Shown here one piece after another: positions 10,018 through 20,840 of a stretch of DNA of 64,000 nucleotides. Under the pieces are notes generated by a model that was not told the DNA's origin, did not search any database, and saw nothing but the letters and a program-made list of their open reading frames with translations. This DNA comes from Bacillota bacterium (GTDB taxonomy: Bacteria > Bacillota > JAAYKD01). How positions within the stretch are numbered: the stretch's first letter is position 1; each line of letters opens with the position of its first letter. The translations under genes and the position numbers were made by a program. The stretch is from contig OY762825.2 of the NCBI GenBank assembly GCA_963666425.2, positions 1,408,001 to 1,472,000 of the forward strand, given 5' to 3'.

Positions 10018-12804
10018 ATGAAGAAGAAATTGCTATGGTTTTTAGCAGTTTTATTCCTTTTAGTGGGTAGTACCGGAACCCTCGCCTATTATTTTACCGA
10101 ATGGCAGTGGTTTCAATCTCTAGACTACCAGCAAGTGTTTACTACCGTACTTTTCTCAAAAACCATTATCGGTGTGGCAGCAACGGTTCTCACCTTTCTA
10201 TTCGTATTTCTCAATTTGAAATGGCTGCAAAAATGGCTGGCCCGCTCTGTGCCGGAAGACAATAACGAACCGGAAGTCATTCAAGTGGATTTCAGCGGTC
10301 AACGCCAGAGAGTGCAAAACAATTTTTCCGAATGGGGACGGGTCATTTCCCGCAGCCCTCTGTTAAGCTGGATTATTTTCCTCTTCTCCGCCGTAGTCAG
10401 CATCAGCAACGGCTTAGCCTTTGCCTCCCATTGGCTGGCGATCCAGTCTTATTTCAAACAGACCACCTATGGTGTGGCAGATCCCATTTTCAACAAGGAT
10501 ATCAGCTTTTATCTGTTTTCCCTGCCGATTTTTGAACTGGTTCTGGAAGTGCTGTTTGGTTTGGTGCTTTTCTTATTTGCCATCTGCGCTTTCCTCTATC
10601 TCAGCAACGGCGGTTTCCGGCGCACACCGCTGGATCGCCGACCCTACACCCATCTGGGGATTTTAGGCGCCATTGCTTTTCTTCTGCAAGGCGGCAATTT
10701 CCTGATGAAAATGTATAACCTGGTTTATTCACCCAAAGGAGTCGCTTTTGGCGCCAGTTATACCGATGTACATGTCACCATTCCGGCTTACTATATCTGC
10801 ATCGGTCTTTGCGTTTTAAGCGCCTTGCTGATGCTGTCGCAAATTGTCAAACCACGTTTAAAAACTGCTTGGGTGCCGCTGGCTATGGTAGCTCTGGTCG
10901 CCGTGCTGGGCGAAAGTATCGTCCCGGCTCTGATGCAAAACTTGCAGGTCAACCCCAACGAATTCACCATGGAAGAAAAATACCTAGATTACAACATCAC
11001 CTATACCCGCATGGCTTATGACTTAAACAATACCAATGAAATTAATTTCCCGATTGCAAACAACAGCACAGCCAACTGGACCGAGCTGGAAGAGTACTCC
11101 ACCAGCCTGGATACGGCGCCTTTGCTCAATTACCAGCAGACGCATGAAGCCTTCAGCCAATTGCAGGGGATGCGTCTGTATTACCGCTTCAACGATGTAG
11201 ATGTCGACCGCTATCAGATCGCCGAAAAATTAGTGCCTGTGATGATCAGCGCCCGCGAACTGCCGGTGGACGCGCTGCAAACCGAAGCCGATACCTGGGT
11301 CAATCGTCATTTGAAATATACCCATGGTTATGGTGCCGTGGTAGCGCCCAGCAACGAAATCACCAGCGACGGACAGCCAAAACTGATTGTCAAGGACATC
11401 CCGCCGCGCACGGATGTAGCGGAACTGGCGATCACCCGTCCGGAAATTTATTTTGGCGAATTGACCAAAGATTATGTGATTGTTGGCACCAAGTCGCAGG
11501 AATTCGACTATCCGCAAGGCGACGCCAATGCCGAAACCAGTTATGAAGGAAAAGCCGGTCTTTCCATCAGTTCTTTCTTCACACGCGTTCTGTTCAGCAT
11601 CCGTTTGAATACAATCAATCCGCTGCTGACCAACGAAATTACGGCCGACTCCAAAATTTTACTGCATCGCGAAATCACGGAGCGCGTCAAGACATTGGCT
11701 CCTTTCCTCTCCTACGATAAAGACCCTTATCTGGTCATCTATGAAGGCCGCTTAATGTGGATTATCGACGGTTATACCGTCAGCAGTCAATTCCCCTACG
11801 CGCAATCCTGGCAGACCAATGATCAGGATAAAGGCGCCAACTATCTGCGCAACAGCGTCAAAGTCACCATCGACGCCTATGACGGCACGACGGTTTTCTA
11901 TCTCTACGATGAAGAAGACCCGATTATCCAAACCTATGCCAAGATCTTCCCTAACCTCTTTACCCCATATTCTGCCATGCCGCAGGGCTTGAAAGATCAT
12001 ATGCGTTACCCGGAAGACTTTTTCACCGTGCAAACCAGTATGTTCCTCAACTATCACATGACCGATGCCAAAGTGTTTTACAACCGGGAAGACGCCTGGG
12101 CGGTAGCGACCACCAATGGTGTGACCGTGCAGCCCTATTATGATATCCTGGAATTCCCTGGCTCTGATAAAGCAGAATTTATGAATCTGTATCCTCTGAC
12201 ACCGGCGCAGAAAGATAACATGGTCGCTTTCCTGGCAGGTGCTGTTAGTGAAGATGGAACCGGTAAGCTTTCCGTCTATATCTTCCCGAAAGATAAGCTG
12301 ATTTATGGTCCGGCGCAGATTGAAGCCAGAATCAATCAGCAAGCGGAAATTTCCAAAGACCTTTCGCTCTGGGGTCAGGGCGGTTCTACGGTAACCAAAG
12401 GACATACGATTACCGTGCCGCTGAAAGATTCCCTGATCTATATCATCCCGCTCTACATCACTTCCGACTCCAGCTCCTTGCCGGAATTGAAAAAAGTCAT
12501 CGTCACCTATGGCAGCAGTGTTGTCATGAAAGATAACTTAGAGCAGGCTTTGGCTGTCATCTTCGGCAGCCGTGACGGTGAAGGCGGCACCGACGTGCCT
12601 TCCGGCACCAGCGGAGACGACCGTAGCCTGACCATCCTGATTCAGGACATCCTGGCGCAATATGCCATTGTGACCGAGCAGCGCAAAGCAGGCAATTGGA
12701 CCGAGTACGGCGCCGCCATGGATGCTTTGGAAGTCATGCTCGCCGAACTGGGCAATGCGGATTTGGCTTCCCAAATCATTTCACTGCCAACCATTACGCC
12801 GTAA
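10018..12804 (+). CDS. UPF0182 family membrane protein
   Basis: WFQSLDY, DPIFNKDISFYLF, DVDVDRY, NRHLKYTHGYG, NYLRNSVK, YGPAQIEARI. Confidence 0.93.
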   Translation: MKKKLLWFLAVLFLLVGSTGTLAYYFTEWQWFQSLDYQQVFTTVLFSKTIIGVAATVLTFLFVFLNLKWLQKWLARSVPEDNNEPEVIQVDFSGQRQRVQNNFSEWGRVISRSPLLSWIIFLFSAVVSISNGLAFASHWLAIQSYFKQTTYGVADPIFNKDISFYLFSLPIFELVLEVLFGLVLFLFAICAFLYLSNGGFRRTPLDRRPYTHLGILGAIAFLLQGGNFLMKMYNLVYSPKGVAFGASYTDVHVTIPAYYICIGLCVLSALLMLSQIVKPRLKTAWVPLAMVALVAVLGESIVPALMQNLQVNPNEFTMEEKYLDYNITYTRMAYDLNNTNEINFPIANNSTANWTELEEYSTSLDTAPLLNYQQTHEAFSQLQGMRLYYRFNDVDVDRYQIAEKLVPVMISARELPVDALQTEADTWVNRHLKYTHGYGAVVAPSNEITSDGQPKLIVKDIPPRTDVAELAITRPEIYFGELTKDYVIVGTKSQEFDYPQGDANAETSYEGKAGLSISSFFTRVLFSIRLNTINPLLTNEITADSKILLHREITERVKTLAPFLSYDKDPYLVIYEGRLMWIIDGYTVSSQFPYAQSWQTNDQDKGANYLRNSVKVTIDAYDGTTVFYLYDEEDPIIQTYAKIFPNLFTPYSAMPQGLKDHMRYPEDFFTVQTSMFLNYHMTDAKVFYNREDAWAVATTNGVTVQPYYDILEFPGSDKAEFMNLYPLTPAQKDNMVAFLAGAVSEDGTGKLSVYIFPKDKLIYGPAQIEARINQQAEISKDLSLWGQGGSTVTKGHTITVPLKDSLIYIIPLYITSDSSSLPELKKVIVTYGSSVVMKDNLEQALAVIFGSRDGEGGTDVPSGTSGDDRSLTILIQDILAQYAIVTEQRKAGNWTEYGAAMDALEVMLAELGNADLASQIISLPTITP

Positions 12805-12840
12805 GCAATAAAAACCGAGCGGCTCACCGCAGTTTCGTCA

Positions 12841-12889
12841 AAAACAGCACAGGACTCACCGTTTGATGCGGTGGCCGCTGTGCTGTTTT
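12841..12889. terminator. Bidirectional intrinsic terminator
   Basis: AAAACAGCACAG / CTGTGCTGTTTT inverted repeat between convergent genes. Confidence 0.75.
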
Positions 12890-12913
12890 GCTGTACTTCA
12901 CGCTTTTATTCTT

Positions 12914-13384
12914 CTATAACGGCAACTCTCGCCCGTTCAGACAGGCGTTTTTTAGAATCTCCGCCTCATAACTTAATTTTAAGGAGAAAAAGGGCGACTG
13001 CTCTGCCAGAAGCCGCAGGAAAATGCGATCACCAGCCCATAAATTCAACTGGTGCAGCTGCTTTTTCTCCACCCATTGCAGCACCCCTTCATCACAGTCG
13101 ATCTGCTCGCCGCTGAAATGATCCGCGGTAAACAGGCACATATACTCTGTTGGCCATTGATTGGAGACAAAGGTGATCAGCCCTCTAAACTGATAGGACA
13201 GCAGAGTCAGCCCGGTTTCTTCTTTTACTTCGCGCAGCAAACACTCTTCCGGACTTTCGCCCGCTTCAAAACGTCCGCCGATGCCGATCCATTTATCTTG
13301 GTTTTCATCGTTTTCTTTGACAATGCGATGCAGCATCAAATAGCAATCGTTGCGTTCGAGATAACACAGTGTTGTCAGTTTCAT
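12914..13384 (-). CDS. mutX: NUDIX hydrolase, 8-oxo-dGTP diphosphatase (MutX/MutT-like)
   Basis: Nudix box GGRFEAGESPEECLLREVKEETG; TLCYL and CDEGVLQWV. Confidence 0.85.
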   Translation of the reverse strand: MKLTTLCYLERNDCYLMLHRIVKENDENQDKWIGIGGRFEAGESPEECLLREVKEETGLTLLSYQFRGLITFVSNQWPTEYMCLFTADHFSGEQIDCDEGVLQWVEKKQLHQLNLWAGDRIFLRLLAEQSPFFSLKLSYEAEILKNACLNGRELPL

Positions 13385-13485
13385 GTTTTATTTTCCCTGT
13401 TCCTCCGCTGGCAGCCAAGCCGAACTCCTGCGTCGGTTTGGCAGATTGTTCTGTTTGGCCGCAGCGTGATCTGTCGAAATCAACT

Positions 13486-15822
13486 TCAGCGGTCGGCGCT
13501 GTTTTGTTTGAGTCTCGATTTTAAGTAAAATTGCTCAAATTGCTCCGGCGGCAGCGGTTTGCCCAAATAATAGCCCTGTACCTGCTCGCAGCCAAGTTCC
13601 AGCAGCAACTCCATTTGTTCTTCCGTCTCCACCCCTTCGGCAATCGTTTTGATTCCCATTGCATTGGCCAGCTCGATCGTATATTTCGCAATACTCTGGT
13701 TGAGATTCTCCTTGCTGACAGCATCGATCAGCGGCTTGGCGATCTTGATTTTATCAATGGGGAACAATTTCAGAGAGCTTAAGGAAGAATAACCGGTGCC
13801 AAAATCGTCAATTGAAATATCGACTCCCAGCTGCTTCAGCTGTTTCGCTATTTCGCTGAAGGGAAAGCGTCCCTCCCGTGCCACACTTTCTGTGATCTCC
13901 AGATCCAACCAGGCGGGTTGGATGGCACAGTCAGTCAGCAAACCTTGCAGCTGCTCGATAAAATCAATTTGATTCAGTTGTTTGGGAGAAACGTTGACCG
14001 ACATTTTCAAATCCAGACCAAAGCCGGCGTTCCACACCGCTATCTGCTGCATGGCTTTTTTCATCACCCAACCGCCGATGGGGATGATATCGTTCGTCTC
14101 TTCCGCAATGAGGATAAACTCCGCTGGTTCGAGCACACCCTTTTGCGGACTGTTCCAGCGCAGCAAGGCTTCCATGCCGATTAACTTCTGCTCCTGTAAT
14201 GTATATTGCGGTTGAAAATAAAGCGTCATTTCGTGTTCATAATCGGCATGCTTCAGGAGCATTTCGATTTCGTTTTTACGCTGCACGATATCATTCAATT
14301 CCCGGCTGAAGGTCACATATTCGTTGTAACCTTGTTTTTTTGCCTGATACATGGCCATATCGGCATTTTTCAGCAGCATACCAACGTCTTTTGCATCCAA
14401 AGGAAAAATAGAAATGCCGATGCTGACGGTCAAATAAAAAGTATATTGATCAATCCAGATCGCCTGGCTGCATTCATTGATAATCTGCTCGGCAATCGAC
14501 TCTATTTCTTCATAGGCAAAGCCGGAACGCACCGCCAGAATAAACTCATCACCGCCAAAACGCGCCAGGGTTTGATCCTGCCGGGTCAGGGCTTGCAGGC
14601 GTTTGGATAATTCCACCAGGACCCGATCGCCGATGGAATGACCGTAGGTATCGTTGATGGTCTTAAAGCGGTCCAGGTCGATAAACAACAAAGCCAGCGT
14701 CTCATTCGGCGCGATGTTTTGCAGCATTTCTTCCAAGGCACTCAAGAAATAACGCCGATTGAAGAGATTTGTCACCGTATCCTGATTGGACAGATAATCC
14801 AGCTGCCGGTTCTTCTCTTCCAATTCCCGAGTGCGCTCCATAATGCGCAGTTCCAATACCTGATTCTGATCGCGCAAAATCTTTTCGTTCTTAATCGATA
14901 CCTGAATATAAGCGGAGGCGCTGGCATAAAACAGGCCGAGCGAAAAGAAATTGATCAGGACAAACAGATCAAAACCGCGAAAAAACAGCGTCATCAGCGG
15001 AGCGATGCAAATATAAATAATTTTACTCCAAAGGCCGCGCTCACCGGAAAGCGATTCGCTATACTCCAATTCTTCCGGATGCTGCAGATAGATCGCTGCA
15101 CCTAAGGCGATGATCATGAAAGCAGCCATATAAGCAGCGTCCACCAGGCCATCCGGTAAATAGAGCCGGTTCAAATCCAAATAGATCCAGCAAACATCCG
15201 TGACTAGATACAAAATGACGCCGATGGCTGTGATCGGGATAGTGAAGGACGGTTTTCTGTCTCGGTAGGAGACAAACCAGGTGGCAACCCCGATGGTTAA
15301 GACAAAGTCGAGGAAAATAGTCAGAATCGTGATCATTCCGCTGCCGCCGAATTGATAAAGTAAATCGTAACTTCCTTTGAAAAAAATATTCCAGGCTAAA
15401 AGCAAAGTGGTAATTGTCACGATGGAAGCATCCAAAATCAGTTGGATCCTGCTCCATTTACCAAAATTGACCATGCCGTAAACCGCAAAAGCAGCCAGGA
15501 TAAACGCGTTTGTGCCCAAATACAGCAAAGCGATGAAGGTGTTGCTTGCAGCGTTTTGCTGCAATACCTGTTCATCAATCAGCCAAAACAGATCGCCAAG
15601 CAGCCAACAAAGGCTGGCAAAGCTCATCAGCAGCCAGGCATAGCGAATCCTTCCCTGTTTTGGCGAATGAAAGAAAGCGCTCAGCAGGATCCCAAAGCAA
15701 AGCAAGCTGCCAATGGGAGCCAAAAGCGCGGTGAGATACTGCTGTTCCGCCCAAATGGAGAGCGAGTAAAGGATGAAATAAAGGCTGACGATAATCATAA
15801 TAAAACGCGTTTTTCCATGCAA
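13486..15822 (-). CDS. Membrane-bound GGDEF-EAL diguanylate cyclase/phosphodiesterase
   Basis: Multi-TM N-terminus; DLDRFKTINDTYGH, RFGGDEF, MEALLRW, DDFGTGYSS, AEGVE. Confidence 0.93.
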   Translation of the reverse strand: MHGKTRFIMIIVSLYFILYSLSIWAEQQYLTALLAPIGSLLCFGILLSAFFHSPKQGRIRYAWLLMSFASLCWLLGDLFWLIDEQVLQQNAASNTFIALLYLGTNAFILAAFAVYGMVNFGKWSRIQLILDASIVTITTLLLAWNIFFKGSYDLLYQFGGSGMITILTIFLDFVLTIGVATWFVSYRDRKPSFTIPITAIGVILYLVTDVCWIYLDLNRLYLPDGLVDAAYMAAFMIIALGAAIYLQHPEELEYSESLSGERGLWSKIIYICIAPLMTLFFRGFDLFVLINFFSLGLFYASASAYIQVSIKNEKILRDQNQVLELRIMERTRELEEKNRQLDYLSNQDTVTNLFNRRYFLSALEEMLQNIAPNETLALLFIDLDRFKTINDTYGHSIGDRVLVELSKRLQALTRQDQTLARFGGDEFILAVRSGFAYEEIESIAEQIINECSQAIWIDQYTFYLTVSIGISIFPLDAKDVGMLLKNADMAMYQAKKQGYNEYVTFSRELNDIVQRKNEIEMLLKHADYEHEMTLYFQPQYTLQEQKLIGMEALLRWNSPQKGVLEPAEFILIAEETNDIIPIGGWVMKKAMQQIAVWNAGFGLDLKMSVNVSPKQLNQIDFIEQLQGLLTDCAIQPAWLDLEITESVAREGRFPFSEIAKQLKQLGVDISIDDFGTGYSSLSSLKLFPIDKIKIAKPLIDAVSKENLNQSIAKYTIELANAMGIKTIAEGVETEEQMELLLELGCEQVQGYYLGKPLPPEQFEQFYLKSRLKQNSADR

Positions 15823-16020
15823 TGCAAGCTCATCTCCTTTGCTGCGAAATTAACAAATCCATCGTCACTTATGAGCAGCGAGTCTGTTCAGTGATGTATT
15901 ACTAAATATATCACATACGCCGATTGATAGCAATCGGATGCTTCATGCATCGATATAATTTTTCTTCTTCTATGCCTTTGCGTCACGCTTCCGACGCAAC
16001 CTTACCTTTAGAATATAGCA

Positions 16021-16054
16021 AACAGCGGGATCGCATTGCTGCCGTCCCGCTGTT
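16021..16054. terminator. Hairpin / probable terminator downstream of MFS gene
   Basis: AACAGCGGGA / TCCCGCTGTT inverted repeat. Confidence 0.55.
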
Positions 16055-16103
16055 GATCGGAAATCTGCCTGATCAAAGGTTCCTGCTGTAACACAGCTTG
16101 TCT

Positions 16104-17321
16104 TTAAGCAGCCGTTGCTTCGTCTTCTTTTTGGCTGCGCCGCTGATAGATAACAGCGCAGACTGTGGCCAGAGCAAAGACTACCATACACATCACAAAC
16201 GGTGATTTTGGCGCAAAGGTGTACAGTGCGCCGGAAGCAAAGGCACCGATGATGCCGCCCAGCGATTTCATGGAATTATAAAAACCCATGATCAGATTGC
16301 TTTCGCCGCCGTGCGCTTTTTTAGCCACCATGGACTGCAGCACCGGAATGGTGACCGCGCTGCAGGCATAGAATAAGACATTGATCACAATAAACGGCAG
16401 CACACTGCCGGTCAGCACAATCCCCAGCATGGTGACGGCACAAACTGCCAGCACGCCGATAATCGAGCGTCGGACATCGGTGCGGTTGATCATCCAGAGA
16501 CCGATGGTGGCATTGGCGGTCAGCGTGATCAGACCCATGATGCCCTTGAGAACGCCATTGTAGCCGGAAGTAAATTGGAACTGATCCTTGATGTAATAAT
16601 TGAAAGACTGATCAAAAGCAGTGCCGCCCAAGTTCTGCAAGGCGCAGATACCAAAAAGTAAGGCAAAGGTGAGGGTCATAAACTGGCGGCTGGCAAAGAA
16701 GGCGGAAAAAGGATTGACTTCTTTGGCGAGTTTCGATAGCTTCAGGCTGCGGAAAGACACTTGCGTATCGTCTTCGCAGATCAGGAAGAATAAGATACCG
16801 CAGCTGAACAAAACGGCCGCCTGCGCCCAGATGGCGTAATAAGTGGAAATCTCGCCCAGCAGGCCGCCGATCATATACCCAAAGGCACCGCCGACCGATT
16901 GAATGGTGGCGATCACCGTTAAATCGCGCCCGCGCTGCCGCTCGTCCTTGGCGGTATTGACCACATAAGTCAGCAAGCCAACAAACGAGCCGCTGACGAA
17001 CAAGCCGGTAAACATGCGGGCAGCAATAAAGCCGCTTTCGGTCCGCGCCAGGCCAAAGAAGACCTGCCCCAGCGCATAACCAGCGCAATTGATTAAAAGG
17101 CATTTCCGGCTGGAAATATAAGTGATGATTTTACCCCAAAAGGGAGAAAACATAAAATTCACAATCATCATGGAGCCCAAAGCCACACCAAACATATAAC
17201 TGCCCAAATGCAAACTCGTAAAAATTGTTGGCGTTACCGGATGAGCAAAACTGGCTGCCAGATTGAACAGAATGGCGGTGACATAGAATAAAATCTTGCG
17301 CAAAGAACTTTTTTTCTCCAC
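16104..17321 (-). CDS. MFS transporter
   Basis: 12-TM pattern; FSPFWGKI, ARMFTG, MGFYNSMKSLGGIIG. Start placed at GTG 17321 after GGAGG/GAGG. Confidence 0.85.
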   Translation of the reverse strand: MEKKSSLRKILFYVTAILFNLAASFAHPVTPTIFTSLHLGSYMFGVALGSMMIVNFMFSPFWGKIITYISSRKCLLINCAGYALGQVFFGLARTESGFIAARMFTGLFVSGSFVGLLTYVVNTAKDERQRGRDLTVIATIQSVGGAFGYMIGGLLGEISTYYAIWAQAAVLFSCGILFFLICEDDTQVSFRSLKLSKLAKEVNPFSAFFASRQFMTLTFALLFGICALQNLGGTAFDQSFNYYIKDQFQFTSGYNGVLKGIMGLITLTANATIGLWMINRTDVRRSIIGVLAVCAVTMLGIVLTGSVLPFIVINVLFYACSAVTIPVLQSMVAKKAHGGESNLIMGFYNSMKSLGGIIGAFASGALYTFAPKSPFVMCMVVFALATVCAVIYQRRSQKEDEATAA

Positions 17322-17378
17322 GGCGAACCTCGCCTCCCAGCGTAACCGAAGCAAAAATCGGGATATCTGCTCAACGGT

Positions 17379-18479
17379 CTATTTTACTTCGATCAATTCG
17401 TATTCCAGGCTGCCCATACCGAGCTTGGCGCCTTGCTCAACGCAAGTCTGCCAATTCGTTTCCGGAAACATGGCGTGGAAATGATCGTGACCCTGCTCTG
17501 CCAGCGGCGCCAGGTAACTGCCCAGCAACGCGGCCTGACGGTTGCAGGCATCGGCGCAAGCCACATCCAACGCGACAGGATCAAAAGAAGCAAACATGCC
17601 GACATCGGGGATGATGGCCGCATCGTTTTCGGAATGACAGTCGCAGAAGGGAGAAACATCCACAATCAGACTGATATGGAACTGCGGACGATCTTTGACG
17701 ACCGCCCAGGCATATTCAGCGATTTTCCGGTTGAGAATATCGTTCGCTTCGTCCCATTTGACAGCGATGGCATCTTTGGGACAAACAGAGATACAGCGGC
17801 CGCAGCCGACACAATGATCATCGTTGATCATAGCCTTGCGGTTGGTGACCGTCACCGCTTGATGAGCGCAGACCGTGGTGCACTTGCCGCAGCCAATGCA
17901 GAGTTCCTGCCGCACAAACGGTTTGCCGCTGTTATGCATTTCCATCTTGCCGGCGCGGGAGCCGCAGCCCATGCCGATATTTTTCAAGGCGCCGCCAAAA
18001 CCGGTGCTCTCGTGACCTTTGAAATGAGAGAGAGAAATAAACACGTCGGCATCCATGACGGCACGCCCGATTTTAGCTTCTTTGACATAATCGCCCTCGA
18101 CAGGCACCAGGACTTCGTCATTGCCCTTTAAGCCATCGGCAATCAGAATATGGCAGCCGGTAGAAAAGGGACTGAAGCCATTTTCGTAAGCGGCTTCAAT
18201 ATGCTCCAGAGCATCCTTGCGGCGGCCGACATAGAGCGTGTTGGCATCGGTTAAAAAAGGTTTGCCGCCCAGCGACTTGACCATGTCGGCCACTGTTTTG
18301 GTGTAATTGGGCCGCAGATAAGCCAGGTTGCCCGGCTCTCCGAAGTGGATCTTAATAGCAGTAAATTTTCCGGAAAAATCGATCTGCCCAATGCCTGCCT
18401 GCTGCATCAGTTTGGTCAGCTTTTGCTGCAGATTCCAGCCCGGTTCGGTGCGCATATTGCTAAAATAAACTTTACTCAA
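17379..18479 (-). CDS. DUF362 domain protein with 2x[4Fe-4S] ferredoxin domain
   Basis: AIKIHFGEPGN, SHFKGH, GGALKNIGMG, CIGCGKC...C and CVGCGRC...CP, DPVALD. Confidence 0.92.
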   Translation of the reverse strand: MSKVYFSNMRTEPGWNLQQKLTKLMQQAGIGQIDFSGKFTAIKIHFGEPGNLAYLRPNYTKTVADMVKSLGGKPFLTDANTLYVGRRKDALEHIEAAYENGFSPFSTGCHILIADGLKGNDEVLVPVEGDYVKEAKIGRAVMDADVFISLSHFKGHESTGFGGALKNIGMGCGSRAGKMEMHNSGKPFVRQELCIGCGKCTTVCAHQAVTVTNRKAMINDDHCVGCGRCISVCPKDAIAVKWDEANDILNRKIAEYAWAVVKDRPQFHISLIVDVSPFCDCHSENDAAIIPDVGMFASFDPVALDVACADACNRQAALLGSYLAPLAEQGHDHFHAMFPETNWQTCVEQGAKLGMGSLEYELIEVK

Positions 18480-18540
18480 AACTGTTTGGCCTCCTCTTTA
18501 AATTTTACTATCTTTAGATTACCTACCGCAACGCTGCCTG

Positions 18541-19938
18541 TTATTCTTCTCTTGGAAAAACCGGATAGGGATGCTGCAGGAACGATTCGTAAACCACACC
18601 CTCGGTGGCTTTGTTGAATTCTGCTTTGGCAGCTTTGACCAGGGCTTCGTCCTGAATAAAACGCAAACCGGCCGCTGCCATAGCTTTGGCGGCGAAGATC
18701 ATGCCTTTATGCCCAATAGAACTGGCGGAGGAAGAGGCGATCATCCAGGAATGTCCGGGAATCGCCCAGGGATTGGTGACGGTACCGAACATGCAGGTGG
18801 GGCAATTCCAACTGGTATCGGCCACATCGGTAGAACCGGCCATGGTAGTGCCTTTGCCGGATGGTTCTTCCACTCCGCTGAGCAAAGGTACACTGGCATC
18901 AATCTTCATCATGGCAGCTTTGGTCTTGCGCTCTTCCGGATCGACATTGGCCGATAAGTCCGCGGCAAACTGCAGATCGGCCGCATCCCAAGGTTCGGGA
19001 CCGACTGCAACCAGGGCTTCGTGCATGACTTGGCTGACCACTTCGTTGGGCAGCGTGTTGTAAACGCCGCTCTCCAATAAAATATCCACTTCGGTTTCTG
19101 TCATCATGGCGGCGCCGTGCGCGATTTTCTTGACCCGCTCGACGATATCGCGCAAAACCTGCACTTGCGGTGCGCGCACAAAATACCAAACCTGCGCCCG
19201 ATCCGGCACAATATTAGGGGCCATACCGCCTTCGGTGATGACATAATGAATTCTGGCCTGAGTGATGATATGTTCTCTGAGGTAATTGCTGCCGATATCC
19301 ATCAATTCCACTGCATCCAAGGCGCTGCGGCCGTTATGCGGATCGCCGCCGGCATGGGCGGTGCGGCCGTGGTAGGTGAATTTTAAAGAATTATTGGCGT
19401 TGGAGCTGTTCAGCTGCACACCGTTTTTGCTGCCGGGATGATAAGCGATGGCGATATCAACCTCTTTAAAGCAGCCGTATTTAGCCATCATGGCCTTGGC
19501 ACTGTAGTTTTCTTCCGCCGGGCAGCCAAAATAAACGATGGTTCCGGGCAGATTGCCGGCTTCCATCTCTGCTTTCAGACCCAGCACGGCGCCGACGCAG
19601 GCGACACCCAGCAGATTATGGCCGCAGCCGTGGCCGGGAGCCCCTTCTTTCAACGGCACTTTTTTACTGGAGGCCGGCAGATTGCTCAAGCCGGGCAGCG
19701 CGTCGTATTCGGCTAAAAATCCGATCACCGGCTTGCCACTGCCCCAGCTGGCGGTAAAAGCAGTCGGCACGCCTGCCACATTCTCTTCAATCCGAAATCC
19801 CTTGGAAGCCAAATAATCTCTGCTCGCCTCGGCAGAACGGTATTCTTTTAACGAAGTCTCGGCAAAACCCCAGATCGTATCACTCAATTGGATCAGTTCA
19901 CTGCGATTGTTTTCAATTGCCTGTAATGCTTTCTGCAT
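18541..19938 (-). CDS. M20 amidohydrolase, AbgB (p-aminobenzoyl-glutamate hydrolase subunit B)-like
   Basis: AEYDALPGL, GHGCGHNLLG, GCPAEE, GRSALDAVELM, GSTDVAD. Confidence 0.9.
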   Translation of the reverse strand: MQKALQAIENNRSELIQLSDTIWGFAETSLKEYRSAEASRDYLASKGFRIEENVAGVPTAFTASWGSGKPVIGFLAEYDALPGLSNLPASSKKVPLKEGAPGHGCGHNLLGVACVGAVLGLKAEMEAGNLPGTIVYFGCPAEENYSAKAMMAKYGCFKEVDIAIAYHPGSKNGVQLNSSNANNSLKFTYHGRTAHAGGDPHNGRSALDAVELMDIGSNYLREHIITQARIHYVITEGGMAPNIVPDRAQVWYFVRAPQVQVLRDIVERVKKIAHGAAMMTETEVDILLESGVYNTLPNEVVSQVMHEALVAVGPEPWDAADLQFAADLSANVDPEERKTKAAMMKIDASVPLLSGVEEPSGKGTTMAGSTDVADTSWNCPTCMFGTVTNPWAIPGHSWMIASSSASSIGHKGMIFAAKAMAAAGLRFIQDEALVKAAKAEFNKATEGVVYESFLQHPYPVFPREE

Positions 19939-20124
19939 GCTAATCCCTCCACTTTAAAATTCTCTTTCTTACTTTGCTTTTCACCCCATGATTTCCTGCC
20001 GCTCGTGGCAGCAGATTCTGATTTTTTACGTGACACGAAAGAGCGACAGGCAGGTTTTTCCGGCAGAATGCCGAAATAAACAACAAATTGGAGCGCAGAT
20101 TAAAAAAAGAGGAGTGAATTTTTC

Positions 20125-20634
20125 ATGCCGGATCAGAAAAAATTAGAGATCAGCCCTGAAATTGAACAAGCCTGGACCCAGGATGTGCGGCTGGCGGTGC
20201 GGCGCTTATCGCTTTTTTACCATGCCATGACCACTAACCTGATTGCCGAATTTAGCGAAGCGGAAGCCAAACGCCTGACCGAGAAAATTGTTTGGGACTA
20301 CGGCACCCTCTGCGGCGAAGCCACTCGCGACGCCGTGCTCGCCCAAGGCAAACCCTTGAGCTACAAAAATTTCCGCTCCATCCCCGACTTGCCGAGCAAA
20401 GGCTGGGAAAGCGGCATGACCACGGGAGCGGATGGCAAAGCGCAGCCCTGTGTTGCTTACTGCCCCATTGCCGATGTTTTCTCGCAGTACAACACGCCCC
20501 TGGCCCGCTCCTACTGCCTGGTAGACCCGGCCAAATATGAAGGTTACGATCCCACGCATACCATGAAGCACACCAAACACGTGATGGACGGCGACGGCTG
20601 CTGCGTGATTGAAGTGGCGGAGAAAGTGAAATAA
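20125..20634 (+). CDS. L-2-amino-thiazoline-4-carboxylic acid (ATC) hydrolase family protein
   Basis: YG...G helix followed by YCPIA, YCLVDPA.YEGY and MDGDGCC cysteine pattern. Confidence 0.75.
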   Translation: MPDQKKLEISPEIEQAWTQDVRLAVRRLSLFYHAMTTNLIAEFSEAEAKRLTEKIVWDYGTLCGEATRDAVLAQGKPLSYKNFRSIPDLPSKGWESGMTTGADGKAQPCVAYCPIADVFSQYNTPLARSYCLVDPAKYEGYDPTHTMKHTKHVMDGDGCCVIEVAEKVK

Positions 20635-20661
20635 AAAGACCAAAGCTGATATGTGGTAAGC

Positions 20662-20711
20662 AATAGAAAAGGTCGGTCCCCCCCTTAACGGAGTGGCCGA
20701 CCTTTTCTATT
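20662..20711. terminator. Bidirectional intrinsic terminator
   Basis: AATAGAAAAGGTCGG / CCGACCTTTTCTATT perfect 15-bp arms between convergent genes. Confidence 0.85.
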
Positions 20712-20840
20712 AATATGCCAAAATAGTCATTCAGTTTTGCCAGTTTCCGTCAGTTCAGCTGCCACCTGACGTTTTCCCGTTTATCTGAGAAATTATCTAC
20801 ACTGCGTTCTTTGGCATACCTTGGTTCTGAGCGCGCGACA